A stretch of 64,000 nucleotides of DNA from an uncultured Verrucomicrobiae bacterium (GTDB taxonomy: Bacteria > Verrucomicrobiota > Verrucomicrobiia > Chthoniobacterales > UBA10450). Both the position numbers and the translations under genes were made by a program. Below, piece by piece: positions 36,119 through 47,253 of the stretch. The notes under the pieces were generated by a model, which searched no databases, was not told the DNA's origin, and worked only from the letters and a program-made list of their open reading frames with translations. Numbering within the stretch: the first letter of the stretch is position 1; each line of letters starts with the position of its first letter. The stretch lies in NCBI GenBank assembly GCA_963772365.1, contig CAVYXA010000001.1, forward strand, positions 32,001 through 96,000, read 5' to 3'.

Positions 36119-36934
36119 CTATGCTGCGCGCCCCGTCACCCAAAGAGCTAGCAGGAGGCTGGCAATTGTGCCCATGCTCTTGACTGCGATGTAAAGGATA
36201 CAGACGGCGAGCGCCTTCCCTGCGCTCTGCGCCCACCTTTGTTCATAAACACGGCGGACCGACAGGAATATGTAGGTGAGCGACCAAATCAGAATGAGCA
36301 AAGAGACGATCGTGAAGACGCGTGCAACTTGCATCCCGAAAATCGCGTAGATCGGCCAGAAGATAATTCCCATCAGATAGGTGAACGCCAAAATGTGCAG
36401 CGCGAAAATGAGATGCTCTACGTAAAACCGCCGGCGTCTCACATAGAGGAGGGCCAGTCCGGTTGCGAGGGCGACCGGGTAAACGATTTCGCTGAAATAG
36501 AGATACTTTTGCCAGCGTGCATTCACTTCGAAGAGCATCTGCTCTTCGGTGGCGTGTCGCTTCTGCGCGATCGCCGTGATTCTCTTATGCCAGCCCGAGT
36601 CCCGCGCCATAAAGGAACGGACATCGTAGAGCGCGGCCGGCCGGTAGATCGAATAGAGGAAAATACTTAACGCGAAAGCCGTGACGTAGAGTTTTACCGG
36701 CCCGAGGTATGGCTTGACCGCGCCACGGACAAACTCCGTCGTGAGGTAGCCGGGCCGCAGGAAGAGGAGGCGCAGAGTTCTGATCAGCTTCGAGTGTTCG
36801 AAGTCGGCGACCTCCTCGAAGGTGCGGTGGAGGAAGCTGGAGATCTTCAGCTGGGAACGGTCCGGCCGGCGTTCCCCGCATTGCGCGCAATAGGCACCGG
36901 AGAGCGGTGCTCCACAACTGACGCATCGGTCCAC
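36119..36934 (-). CDS. DUF3667-type zinc-ribbon membrane protein
   Basis: CVSCG..YCAQCGE, RPGYLTTEF, YLGPVKLY, YVEHLIFALH. Confidence 0.8.
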   Translation of the reverse strand: MDRCVSCGAPLSGAYCAQCGERRPDRSQLKISSFLHRTFEEVADFEHSKLIRTLRLLFLRPGYLTTEFVRGAVKPYLGPVKLYVTAFALSIFLYSIYRPAALYDVRSFMARDSGWHKRITAIAQKRHATEEQMLFEVNARWQKYLYFSEIVYPVALATGLALLYVRRRRFYVEHLIFALHILAFTYLMGIIFWPIYAIFGMQVARVFTIVSLLILIWSLTYIFLSVRRVYEQRWAQSAGKALAVCILYIAVKSMGTIASLLLALWVTGRAA

Positions 36935-37131
36935 GCCCGAGAGAAGCGCAAAAAGTGAAAAAGAGGAAGGGCAAAGACCTTTCCGCGACCCGCCTGCGCA
37001 TCACCCGCGGAAGTTTATTTCAGCGTTCAGATTTTGAAAGCCCGGCCGTTCGCTTCGCGATCCGTTACGGCAGCGTTTCCCAGAGATCGGCCTTTCCCCG
37101 CTGCAATTCGTCACGCGCGAGCGCATCACGA

Positions 37132-37159
37132 ATTCCTCCTTCTGCCTTCATACTTTCTT
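37132..37159. repeat. Degenerate heptamer tract
   Basis: ATTCCTC CTTCTGC CTTCATA CTTTCTT. Confidence 0.55.
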
Positions 37160-37164
37160 CTCGC

Positions 37165-37236
37165 CCGAGCGCCTTCGCGCAAGTCTTTTGCCGCATCGCC
37201 GGCGTCACGCCGACGGAGTTTCGGGGCGTGCTCTAG
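37165..37236 (+). pseudogene. AraC-family 3' end remnant, copy 2
   Basis: PSAFAQVFCRIAGVTPTEFRGVL*, typical of the second AraC HTH end. Confidence 0.7.
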
Positions 37237-37294
37237 GCTCGGCAAGAACCGACACCGCCCTAATCTTATTCGGCGCGGCTTCCGCGAAAGGATA

Positions 37295-38206
37295 TCACCT
37301 AGAATTTGTACTCGCTGGTTTCCCTGGCTTGTATAAGATCAGCTGCCGTTTCGAAACCGTATGAGCCGTGTGCATCCTCACGGTGCTGCAGTCGATGCCG
37401 GCAGCCTTTGCCTCACGCTGAACGACGTCTGAACGGTGATATGTGATAATTACCGGTCCCGAGAAACCTCGGATCGCTTTAAACAGCTTTTCACAACTAA
37501 CATCATGATAGCTGTATAGCCGGAGACCAGCTCCGCGACCGTTTGCCACATATGGAGGATCCACGAAGGCGACGGCATTTGGGGTATCACTATAAACTCT
37601 TAGCGCTTCTAACCCGTCGCCGCATGCGAAAGTGATCTTGCTTCGCAGCGCGTGGACGGCTTCCACTCTCCTAGCGAGCGTCTCTGGGTACCAACGCGAT
37701 TGAATACCGCGATTCCGCTCACCACGATTTAGCAACCCTGCTCCGGGCGCCATGATGCCACCACGGGAAATCCGGTTCAATAGAAGGCAACGGAAAGCCC
37801 GGGAAACTGAATCTCCGCTTCGGCTCTTCAACGTCGCTCGCGCCGTCGCAGTGTCCAACGTGAAGGTTCTAATTCGCTTGGCTAGATGTTTAGCCCCGCC
37901 ATTAAGGATTACTTCCCAGACTGCTGCGACGTCCGGATCGATCTCGACTAGCGTGACGTTATCTACGAGATCCAATTCGGCGACCGCAAGCCCAACACTG
38001 GAGCCGCCCGCGAAGGGTTCGACGAAATGCGACGGCCGATATCCAAGATTACGAATCCATTCAATTATTTTCGGCCGGAGGGCACTCTTTCCTCCGGGAT
38101 ATCGAAAGGGACTAAGCGTTGATGGTCCCCGATTAGGGCCCAACTGTGATTCTCGTTTGGCGCGCTTGGTCAACTTGGCAACCGGTACCCCCAGTGTTCC
38201 CTGCAA
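37295..38206 (-). CDS. Dam-family (D12 class) N6-adenine DNA methyltransferase
   Basis: SPFRYPGGKS, FVEPFAGGSSV (motif I), FVDPPY (motif IV); true start may be TTG at 38173. Confidence 0.92.
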   Translation of the reverse strand: MQGTLGVPVAKLTKRAKRESQLGPNRGPSTLSPFRYPGGKSALRPKIIEWIRNLGYRPSHFVEPFAGGSSVGLAVAELDLVDNVTLVEIDPDVAAVWEVILNGGAKHLAKRIRTFTLDTATARATLKSRSGDSVSRAFRCLLLNRISRGGIMAPGAGLLNRGERNRGIQSRWYPETLARRVEAVHALRSKITFACGDGLEALRVYSDTPNAVAFVDPPYVANGRGAGLRLYSYHDVSCEKLFKAIRGFSGPVIITYHRSDVVQREAKAAGIDCSTVRMHTAHTVSKRQLILYKPGKPASTNSR

Positions 38207-39069
38207 GAACGGCGTAGATCCTTGAATATCTTTGTAGAAGCAGGTCTAGAATCACCTGCCGAATGCAGCGCCACCCTGCAACGATCAAAGAAAATCCCAC
38301 CTAATCGGGCGTTATGTTTCCAATACCCTGCTTCAGGTGTCCGGTGCGGAACGAAATACGATCTAATCAGCGGACTTATCGGAGCATCCGAAAGCCAATT
38401 GTCCCAGAAGCCTTCTCGTGGTTGAAGTTCAGAGAGCTTAGCGCCGTCCCAGTTCGCTCCGGCGGCGCATTGCCCGAATAACATCAATTGGCTCCCGCGG
38501 CGATCCGGAAAAGCTTTCCAAGCCACCAAATCGAGTTTCCCATCCTGAATCCGAACCCCTTTCAATTGCTTGTAGCTCTCACCCTCATTCAATTCTGTCG
38601 CAAGCCGGTCTACTTGTGCTCGAAAAACGGCTTTCGCTCCGACGCTTTTCCTGCTCGACGTTCCAAAGAGTAGCGCGTCTCCACCGACATAAACGCGTGC
38701 TGCGACGCAGCTGAGATGTTCGAAGAGCAACCAGGGATCGAACTTCGCATTCCTTTTTTTCTTCCAGCCATAGTATGACAGCATGAGGCAAAATAGGTAT
38801 GGCGCTGGATTCACGGGAAAACTAGCGCGGAGCGATACAACGGTGCCTTTGACCTCAAAAGGGTAGGCGCTCGCTGCCGCCCGCTGACGTAGATGAACTT
38901 CGTCAAATACCTGCGCCAAGGTATCTCCCAAGTCGCCCGTCGTTTGGATATTCAGCGCCCTTTCTAGATCGCCTGCGCTAGAGTCGCCGTCGTCGGCCTC
39001 AATAGCGGTTAGCTCGAGCCAGTCCGCTAGTCGTGCCACGTCTGTTGTGGAATTGGGAGCACCCGGCAT
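38170..39069 (-). CDS. Hypothetical protein with restriction-endonuclease-like motif
   Basis: FE..(gap)..DGKLDLVAW..LFGQCAAG resembles a PD-(D/E/Q)xK core; coupled to the methylase. Confidence 0.55.
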   Translation of the reverse strand: MPGAPNSTTDVARLADWLELTAIEADDGDSSAGDLERALNIQTTGDLGDTLAQVFDEVHLRQRAAASAYPFEVKGTVVSLRASFPVNPAPYLFCLMLSYYGWKKKRNAKFDPWLLFEHLSCVAARVYVGGDALLFGTSSRKSVGAKAVFRAQVDRLATELNEGESYKQLKGVRIQDGKLDLVAWKAFPDRRGSQLMLFGQCAAGANWDGAKLSELQPREGFWDNWLSDAPISPLIRSYFVPHRTPEAGYWKHNARLGGIFFDRCRVALHSAGDSRPASTKIFKDLRRSCREHWGYRLPS

Positions 39070-39081
39070 GGAGACGGAAAC

Positions 39082-40194
39082 TTACTTCCTGCGTTCCGCG
39101 ATCTGTCGCATTTCGCTTAGAATCGCAGTTGTCAACTTATGAATTCCCTCCATTGAGCTCAGCGGCTGCTGATCGCCTTTGTAGCCGGTGGTGACAGTGC
39201 CCCTAACCTCCTGCAAAGCATCTTTCGCGTTGATTAAAGATTCTTCGAAGCGTCGGCTGTCGCCGAGGCTGATCGCATAAGAACGCTCCAGACTGATGCC
39301 CGATCGAAGGGCGTTCAGAGCCGATCGGTCAGCGATTACGTCGCGTAGCATTGAAAGATGAGGATTCTGCTTTCTAACGATTGGATCCTTGTCTCGTGCC
39401 TTGTCCCCAAATAGCCAAACCATCAATTCACCGAGCTGCGGGAAGTGGGATCGCTTCACCGGGTTTTCCACAAGGGAATTCTCTTCCGTAACGCCGAGGA
39501 ACTTTTGAATATCCGGATAGGCTACAGCCGTGTACAAGTGAGAGAAATGCAGTCGATTCCTGACTCTATTTTCACGATCGAACAGACCTTTGTTTTCTGC
39601 CTGCTCAAGTAAGACATAGCCTCTATAAAACCGCTTTACAGTGCTGTGCTGGTCTCCGATTTTCCGCGCAATCGTGTCGAGGTCTATCCCTAGATCTCTA
39701 CGCACCTGCGCGACGTAGGTAGCTTTGGCTAAGGCGTCCCATTCTTTTGGGCCGTTAACATGCCGGAATCCAAAATATTCCCACAGAGCTTCCCGATCGG
39801 GGTAGACAGCAACCGGCAAGTATTGAAGACGTCGACGCTGCGATACTGTCAGCTTGGGAAGATCTGTCGCTTTAACCTTCGCGCGGAGGCCGTCGTCCGT
39901 CAGCAAGAGCACCGCGGATAGCCGACGATTGCCCTCGACTACAATGTAATGGGGCTCTTTTTTTGAATATCCTTTGGCTGGAATCGCGAGAAGCGGTTCC
40001 TCCGGGAAGAAGCCGTTCTCCGCGATTGAGAGCGCGACTTCACTCACAGCCATTTCTTGCCACATGGCTTTGACGAGGCCTTCAGGTCCCTTCGAAACAT
40101 CAACATGCGCCAATCGCGGATTATCGGGATCGAGCAGAAGGCGCCCGATCGCGATCGGCTCAATTTTCATTGGCTCCGGAGTGTCAGTCGGCAT
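39082..40194 (-). CDS. ParB/Srx-like N-terminal domain protein
   Basis: LLLDPDNPRL, EEPLLAI, YIVVEGNRRLSA, GFRHVNGPKEW. Confidence 0.8.
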   Translation of the reverse strand: MPTDTPEPMKIEPIAIGRLLLDPDNPRLAHVDVSKGPEGLVKAMWQEMAVSEVALSIAENGFFPEEPLLAIPAKGYSKKEPHYIVVEGNRRLSAVLLLTDDGLRAKVKATDLPKLTVSQRRRLQYLPVAVYPDREALWEYFGFRHVNGPKEWDALAKATYVAQVRRDLGIDLDTIARKIGDQHSTVKRFYRGYVLLEQAENKGLFDRENRVRNRLHFSHLYTAVAYPDIQKFLGVTEENSLVENPVKRSHFPQLGELMVWLFGDKARDKDPIVRKQNPHLSMLRDVIADRSALNALRSGISLERSYAISLGDSRRFEESLINAKDALQEVRGTVTTGYKGDQQPLSSMEGIHKLTTAILSEMRQIAERRK

Positions 40195-40392
40195 TTTGGA
40201 ATCAGTCGGCACAAATACGTTTCCATCATTCGTGGGCAACACGCGAGCACGAATATGCGCGCGGTTTGCGAGACTGGCGAGATCAGCGTTTCGGCGCAAG
40301 AACACGACAGCCGCCGCACGATCGCGCGAGCCGCGTAAAGTCGCTGCGCTCCACGCGGCTCATGCAATTATTTGAGCCGAGGTCGGTCGAGG

Positions 40393-40658
40393 TTAGTGAG
40401 GAAAGCGGTGGTCGAAATCTTTGTGCGTTCCGACCCAAATCCAGAGCCACTGGTCTCGATGCCGGAGAGCGACGGCGCGAACATCTCTCGTAACCCGAAC
40501 CGACCAGGCACGCGGGTCGAAGCGCAGACGCTCGAGCCGTAAACCGGGATGGGCGGGGTTTTGGCTGAATAGCTGATACGCTCGCCGGGTCGCTGCTCGA
40601 ATTTCGGGTGGTAGCTCCGGTAAAGCTGCCAAAACTCCGGAGCGGCGCGGGAGGTCAC
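40393..40658 (-). CDS. RelE/ParE-like toxin, 1-bp frameshift near 40618
   Basis: PEFWQLYR / LPPEIRAATRRAYQLFSQNPAHPGLRL..WSVRV..WIWVGTHKDFD. Confidence 0.75.
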
Positions 40659-40664
40659 GCGCGC

Positions 40665-40904
40665 TTAATCGAAATCGCTCTCCGCGACTTTGGGATACGA
40701 TTCTGGCTCGGCCGAAAGATCAACTTCGTAGCGATCAAGCAGCGTGGTGAAGCTCGGGCGTGGCTGGTCATCGCGCAGAATGCGCTCCCATTCGGGATCA
40801 ACGGTTAGCTCGGGGAAAAGCTGCGGAAGATGCTGGAGAAGTTTCTCACGTTCAGCCTTCCCCAAGGCGCGAATCGCTTCTTCGATCTGCTGCGCTGTGC
40901 TCAC
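40665..40904 (-). CDS. Putative type II antitoxin
   Basis: MSTAQQIEEAIRAL..; small acidic ORF directly upstream of toxin. Confidence 0.65.
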   Translation of the reverse strand: MSTAQQIEEAIRALGKAEREKLLQHLPQLFPELTVDPEWERILRDDQPRPSFTTLLDRYEVDLSAEPESYPKVAESDFD

Positions 40905-41043
40905 ATGCAGAGCTTACAGACTACAGGCGGACATCGCAATCCGAGAGACCGACCCCGCGGACGTGTCAGACTTTCTCGCAAGAACGCGACAGGCCGCGCA
41001 AGATCGCGAGAGCGGGCTGACTCTTCAGCTGCGATTCTTGGTT

Positions 41044-41110
41044 ATGCAAAAGCGTAAACTTGGAAAGAGCGATCTGGAGGTGTCGACGATCGGGCTGGGG
41101 TGCATGGGGA
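41044..41110 (+). pseudogene. Aldo/keto reductase 5' fragment
   Basis: MQKRKLGKSDLEVSTIGLGCMG then abrupt loss of similarity. Confidence 0.8.
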
Positions 41111-41117
41111 GGCTGCA

Positions 41118-41911
<794 letters not shown>

Positions 41912-42225
41912 GCGGTGCAGCCGGGGAGTCCAAATAGGATCAGCGTCTGAATCTTGCAATTTAGCGCGACAAACTACTCCTTCTATGTCGCCGCCTTCGA
42001 GCGCTCAAGCTTTTACTGCAGAACCCGGAGCGGTCGGAGCAGCAAACGCCACGTAAAATCTTCGATCACGTGGCGGACTCATGTAGACTCTGCCATCAGG
42101 CAGCATGAATGTCATCGCGGTAGGCACCGGCGCAGCGAGCGAGTATTTTTGATCCGACGCGCACGTGCCTCTGGCTGGTGCACACGACGATTGTGTTACC
42201 GCTCAATTTTTCACACGATAGCCCA

Positions 42226-43023
42226 ATGCGGATCGCGAGTGTAGGTCAGGTGGTTTTTGCGGCGACCATGATAGCGCTTGGAATCGCGGGTCTATCCAGA
42301 GGCGATTTCACGGCGATATGGTTGCCGGTCCCGAAGGATGTGCCCGCGAGGGAGGCGTTGGGTTACCTCTGCGCCCTCATATCTCTGGCGTCCGGGGTTG
42401 GGCTGCTCTGGCAACGCAGCGCCACGATCGCAGCCCGCGTATTATTTCTTTGGTTTTTATTTTGGTTGCTGCTCTTGCGCCTGCCCGGTTTCTCCCGTGG
42501 ATTCAAAGTCGACGTTTACTGGCCCGCGTGTCAGACCGCGGTGATGCTGGCAGCGGCATGGGTGCTATACACCTGGCTTGCGACTGATTGGGACAAGAAA
42601 TGGTTCGGTTTCGCCGCCGGCGAGAACGGTCTGCGCATCGCGAGAGCGCTCTACGGGCTCGCCTTGATTCCGTTTGGTCTGGCTCATTTCACCTACTTAA
42701 AGCAGACGACGGTGCTCGTGCCCGGATGGCTGCCATGGCATGTGGCGTGGGCGTATTTTACCGGCGCGGCCTTCATCGCGGCGGGCACCGCGATTATCCT
42801 CGGCTTATGGGCGCGACTCGCGGCGGCACTGTCGACCTTGCAAATGGGATTGTTCCTGCTGCTGGTGTGGATACCGAAGATCGCGGAAGGTTCAATGACG
42901 ACATTTCAGTGGGGCGAGGCTGTGGTCACGTGGGCGCTAACGAGTGCCGGCTGGGTCGTGACCGATTCTTATCGCGGTGCACACTGGCTCGTCCTAAAGC
43001 CGCGACGGGTCCCGCCCCTTTAG
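42226..43023 (+). CDS. DoxX family membrane protein
   Basis: Multiple TMs, FGLAHF, VPGWLPW..WAYFTG. Confidence 0.7.
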   Translation: MRIASVGQVVFAATMIALGIAGLSRGDFTAIWLPVPKDVPAREALGYLCALISLASGVGLLWQRSATIAARVLFLWFLFWLLLLRLPGFSRGFKVDVYWPACQTAVMLAAAWVLYTWLATDWDKKWFGFAAGENGLRIARALYGLALIPFGLAHFTYLKQTTVLVPGWLPWHVAWAYFTGAAFIAAGTAIILGLWARLAAALSTLQMGLFLLLVWIPKIAEGSMTTFQWGEAVVTWALTSAGWVVTDSYRGAHWLVLKPRRVPPL

Positions 43024-43119
43024 AAGCTGCCGCTTTTGCTATAGAAATCGGGGCGGTCGAAGCAGCAACGCATCGCCTTCCGGTGCGGAGATAGTTAATC
43101 TTAGCCGTTTCAGAATTTC

Positions 43120-44562
43120 ATGACCACGGAATCGAGACAAACCAAACCGCAGCTGGTACGCGCGCTGAAACTGCGCGATCTTATCCTGTTTAATCTGGTC
43201 GCCGTTTTGGGTCTCAGGCATCTTGGGACAACGGCGAGATTCGGCCCGGGATCGCTGCTGATGTGGTTGATCGCCGCGGTGTTCTTCTTTATTCCACAAG
43301 GACTGGCTGTGATCGAGCTGTCGTCGCGGTTTCCGAAAGAGGGCGGCATTTATTTCTGGACGAAACGCGCGTTGGGCGAAGGTCATGGGTTTCTGTGCGG
43401 CTGGTGTTACTGGATCAACAATGTCCTCTATTATCCGAACCTGCTGATCTCAGCCGCCGTCATCGCGACCTTCGTCTTCGGGGAAGGCGGGAGCACGCTG
43501 AGTGACAATTGGGCCTATGTGTTGCCGGTAACACTCGGCATTCTGTGGATTGCGACAGTGATGAACATCGTCGGCATGGGCACAGGCAAATGGTTGCAAA
43601 ACGCCGGCGGCATCGGCACGTACATTCCCGGGCTCATTCTGATCTTGCTGGGCGTTTACGGCGTGATGACGGTTCCTTCGGCTAACGAATTCAGTTTGGC
43701 GACCTTGAAGCCCAATCTGAACAACCTCCCGGCTTTGAATCTGCTGGCTTCGATCGCGTTCGCATTCGCGGGGCTCGAGTTAGCATCGACAATGGGCGAC
43801 GAGATCGAAAATCCGCGGCGCAATCTGCCTCGTTCGATCTTCATCTCCGGGCCGTTGATTGCGATAGTCTATATTGTCGGGACGGCCGCGGTGTTGTGGC
43901 GCCTGCCGAATAAGAATGTCAGCGTAGTCTCAGGATTTCTGCAGGCGATCAAGGCCGGCGCCGATCACATTTCGCCGGGGCTCGCGTGGATCGCTCCGCT
44001 CTGTGCCGCGCTTTACACTATCGGCAATCTCGGCAGTGTGGGCGCCTGGCTGATCGGGCCTGCGCGGATGGCGTTCGTGATCGGGCTGGACCGATATTTT
44101 CCGAAAGCATTTGGCGTAGTGCATCCGCGCTGGCATACGCCGTATGTGGCGATTCTCGTTCAGGCGACGCTCGGGACAATATTCTTGTTGGCGTCGGTCC
44201 TGGGGAGGGGAACGAACGTTGAGGATGTTTATCTAATCCTGCTCGACACGCAGATTCTGATTTATTTCGTGCCCTACCTTTATCTGTTCATTATCTTTTT
44301 AATTCATCGCCGACGCGGCGAGAACGCCAGTGACGTCGTGCTCGCGCCTGGCGGATCGATTGGCGCCTGGCTCGCCGGCTTGAGCGGTGTGATCACGACC
44401 TTGTTCGCGATGATTATCGCGACGATTCCTCCGCCCGATCTGGGAGGAAGCGCTCTGGTATTTCGGGTAAAAGTTATTGGCGGGGCACTCGGATTCGTTC
44501 TGATCGGCGGATTGATCTATTGGTACGCTCGTTTGCAGGCAAAATTGCGTAGGCAGAGTTGA
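43120..44562 (+). CDS. APC family amino acid permease
   Basis: LVRALKLRDL, EGGIYFW, FAFAGLE, HPRWHTPY; about 12 TMs. Confidence 0.9.
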   Translation: MTTESRQTKPQLVRALKLRDLILFNLVAVLGLRHLGTTARFGPGSLLMWLIAAVFFFIPQGLAVIELSSRFPKEGGIYFWTKRALGEGHGFLCGWCYWINNVLYYPNLLISAAVIATFVFGEGGSTLSDNWAYVLPVTLGILWIATVMNIVGMGTGKWLQNAGGIGTYIPGLILILLGVYGVMTVPSANEFSLATLKPNLNNLPALNLLASIAFAFAGLELASTMGDEIENPRRNLPRSIFISGPLIAIVYIVGTAAVLWRLPNKNVSVVSGFLQAIKAGADHISPGLAWIAPLCAALYTIGNLGSVGAWLIGPARMAFVIGLDRYFPKAFGVVHPRWHTPYVAILVQATLGTIFLLASVLGRGTNVEDVYLILLDTQILIYFVPYLYLFIIFLIHRRRGENASDVVLAPGGSIGAWLAGLSGVITTLFAMIIATIPPPDLGGSALVFRVKVIGGALGFVLIGGLIYWYARLQAKLRRQS

Positions 44563-44594
44563 ATTTTGCGGCATAGGCCTGAAAACAATTCAGT

Positions 44595-44990
44595 ATGAAA
44601 ATCATTAAAGCGGGATCGCAGCCATCCACCAAGGGACCAGCGGATTGGTTTACCGGTACGGTGCGCATCGATCCTTTATTCCAAACCGAAGCACCAGCTC
44701 GCGTTGCAGGCGCCAGTGTCACCTTCGAACCCGGCGCACGAACTGCGTGGCATACACATCCTCTCGGCCAGACGCTCATCATCACTGCAGGTTGCGGACG
44801 CGCGCAACGAGAGGGCGGACCGATCGAAGAGGTCCGTCCGGGCGATGTCGTCTGGTTTTCCCCTAACGAAAGGCATTGGCACGGCGCGGCACGCAAGATA
44901 GCGATGACGCACATCGCGATTCAAGAAGCGCTCGATGGCAAGGTCGTCGATTGGATGGAAAAGGTCACCGACGAACAGTACGAAGGATAG
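44595..44990 (+). CDS. Cupin domain protein
   Basis: [23 protein letters not shown]. Confidence 0.9.
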   Translation: MKIIKAGSQPSTKGPADWFTGTVRIDPLFQTEAPARVAGASVTFEPGARTAWHTHPLGQTLIITAGCGRAQREGGPIEEVRPGDVVWFSPNERHWHGAARKIAMTHIAIQEALDGKVVDWMEKVTDEQYEG

Positions 44991-45136
44991 AAACCGTGTG
45001 GGCTGGCAGGATATCTAACTCGTCGATCTCTGTCGGCCGGAGGAGTTTCGACTTAAAGCGGATCGAGGCTCTCTTAGTCTCCGGCGCAGCTGATTTCATA
45101 TTTAACGCATCACAACAATCCAGAGCGCGGTCGTCC

Positions 45137-45676
45137 TTATTTATTCACCTTAAAGCCGCCTTTTGCCATAAGATCGATGATGTGTTTGCGAACTGGTTTC
45201 AGTCCCTTTAGGAATGTCGCTGTGTCGTGATATTCTCGGATGGCATATTGCTGCGCCAGCAATCCTCCGCCGTCGCGTTTGGAATACTTAAAGACGTTAA
45301 ATTCGACAAATGACTGGTCGGAAGGCCAGGTGATAAAATCGACAATGACTTCTTTGGTTTTTGGATTTTCTACGACTGCGCTCGGTGCCTCAGGGTTCTG
45401 CTGCTTCAACATCTGAATGAGATTTGCCACTACGGCCTTCGGATCGTTGAGCTTTGGGTATTCGCGAATCGAGGCCAGCTTGGTCCACGATTTAAAATTT
45501 TCTCCGCTGAGAAGGAATTCCTTCACGCTCTCGCTGGCATTCCCGCTCTTCGACGCAAGAATGAGTGTTTGTCCGTCAAAATGAATGGTTTCTCTAGGGA
45601 CGGCGTTGTCTTCTGATCGGGCAATAGTTCCCGTGCAAAACATTACTGCCAATAACGTAGTTAAGTATTTCATCAT
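45137..45676 (-). CDS. Hypothetical exported protein
   Basis: Signal peptide, 179-aa open frame, lower GC. Confidence 0.65.
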   Translation of the reverse strand: MMKYLTTLLAVMFCTGTIARSEDNAVPRETIHFDGQTLILASKSGNASESVKEFLLSGENFKSWTKLASIREYPKLNDPKAVVANLIQMLKQQNPEAPSAVVENPKTKEVIVDFITWPSDQSFVEFNVFKYSKRDGGGLLAQQYAIREYHDTATFLKGLKPVRKHIIDLMAKGGFKVNK

Positions 45677-45773
45677 GGTTATTTAGCGTCTAATGGAGCC
45701 GCATCGGTTTACAAGAATGAGGAAACCGATAGCACTCTAACGTGCGATTTAGTTGCAAGCACGAGCGTTCTTT

Positions 45774-47234
45774 ATGGTCGGGAAACGTTTTGAATCGGTG
45801 ATTATTGCGGCGGCGTTCCTAGGGCTTTCGACGCTAAGCGTCATTGCACAACAGCCAACCGCTGCGCCAGCGGCCGCGCCGCCGACGTTGACCACGTTTG
45901 CGCCGGTGGTGGAGAAGGTAATGCCGAGTGTCGTGACCGTGTTTACCACGCAGCACATTAAGTCCCAGATCGGCCAATATCCGTTCTCGGATCAATTGCT
46001 GCGACGATTCTTCGGTTTGCCGACACCGCAGGGACATAGCGGCGGAGGTCAGACACTGCAAGGGCTCGGCTCCGGCGTAATTGTTAGCGCAGATGGATAC
46101 ATTCTGACGGCGAATCACGTAATCGCGAATGCTCAGGAGATCATGGTCGGACTGGGCACGGCTCTGCGGAGATACAAGGCCAAGAAGGTTGGGACCGATC
46201 CGGGCACAGACATTGGTCTGCTCAAGATCGACGAGAACAATCTTCCCGCGATTGAATTTGCTGATAGCGATAAGGCCCGCGCGGGCGATGTGGTATTGGC
46301 CATCGGCAATCCATTCGGATTGCGGCAAACCGTGACGATGGGAATCATCAGCGCAGTTGGACGTGGCGGCATGGGCATTGTCGATTACGAAAATTTTATT
46401 CAGACCGATGCCGCCATTAACATGGGCAACTCCGGCGGAGCGCTAGTGGATACGGAGGGAAGGCTGCTCGGAATCAACACCGCGATTTTCAGCCGGAGCG
46501 GTGGGAATCAGGGAATTGGCTTCGCCGTTCCATCGACGCTCGCTCGTCAGATCATGGAGAGCTTGAAGAGGACCGGCCGGGTGGTTCGCGGTTACATTGG
46601 TGTTTCGGTGCAAACGCTGACTCCTGATCTCGCAGACGCGATGAAGCTGGGGCAGAACGTGACGGGTGCATTGGTGGGAGAAGTCGTGGCGGATACTCCG
46701 GCGAAGAAAGCCGGGCTTAAGACAGGAGATGTGATCACGGCAGTAAACGGCAAGAATATTACCGATGCGCGGGAATTGCGGTTAATGGTCGGTTCGTTGC
46801 CGCCGGGCACGAAAGTGAAACTGGATGTGAACCGGGGGGGCGAAAAGAAAACGCTCGAAGTCGAGCTGGCGGAGATGCCGGCGAAAGAAGCCGCAGCACA
46901 ATCAATGATCTCGCCGCAACAAGGCACGCAACCAGGGGAATTGAGTGCTCTCAATGGAGTCACGGTGGGCGATCTGACTCACGACATTCGCGATTCCCTG
47001 AATATCCCGGCAAACGTTGAAGGAGCAGTCATCATGGAGGTCGAGTCCGGCTCAGCCGCTGCGCAGGCCGGATTGCGCGCCGGTGACGTGATCCAGGAAG
47101 TCAACAAACAACAAATCACGAGCGCGAATCAGCTCGTTAGCATCGACAAAGGATTGAAGCCGAATCAGAAAATTCTTCTGCGGGTGTGGAGTCATGGTCG
47201 GAGCGGTTACGTGGCGTTAAATCCGCAGCCGTAA
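45774..47234 (+). CDS. degP: Do/DegQ family serine endopeptidase with two PDZ domains
   Basis: GSGVIV, TANHV, TDIGL, QTDAAINMGNSGG, two GDVI PDZ motifs. Confidence 0.93.
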   Translation: MVGKRFESVIIAAAFLGLSTLSVIAQQPTAAPAAAPPTLTTFAPVVEKVMPSVVTVFTTQHIKSQIGQYPFSDQLLRRFFGLPTPQGHSGGGQTLQGLGSGVIVSADGYILTANHVIANAQEIMVGLGTALRRYKAKKVGTDPGTDIGLLKIDENNLPAIEFADSDKARAGDVVLAIGNPFGLRQTVTMGIISAVGRGGMGIVDYENFIQTDAAINMGNSGGALVDTEGRLLGINTAIFSRSGGNQGIGFAVPSTLARQIMESLKRTGRVVRGYIGVSVQTLTPDLADAMKLGQNVTGALVGEVVADTPAKKAGLKTGDVITAVNGKNITDARELRLMVGSLPPGTKVKLDVNRGGEKKTLEVELAEMPAKEAAAQSMISPQQGTQPGELSALNGVTVGDLTHDIRDSLNIPANVEGAVIMEVESGSAAAQAGLRAGDVIQEVNKQQITSANQLVSIDKGLKPNQKILLRVWSHGRSGYVALNPQP

Positions 47235-47253
47235 ACCTTGCCGGGGAGCCGTT

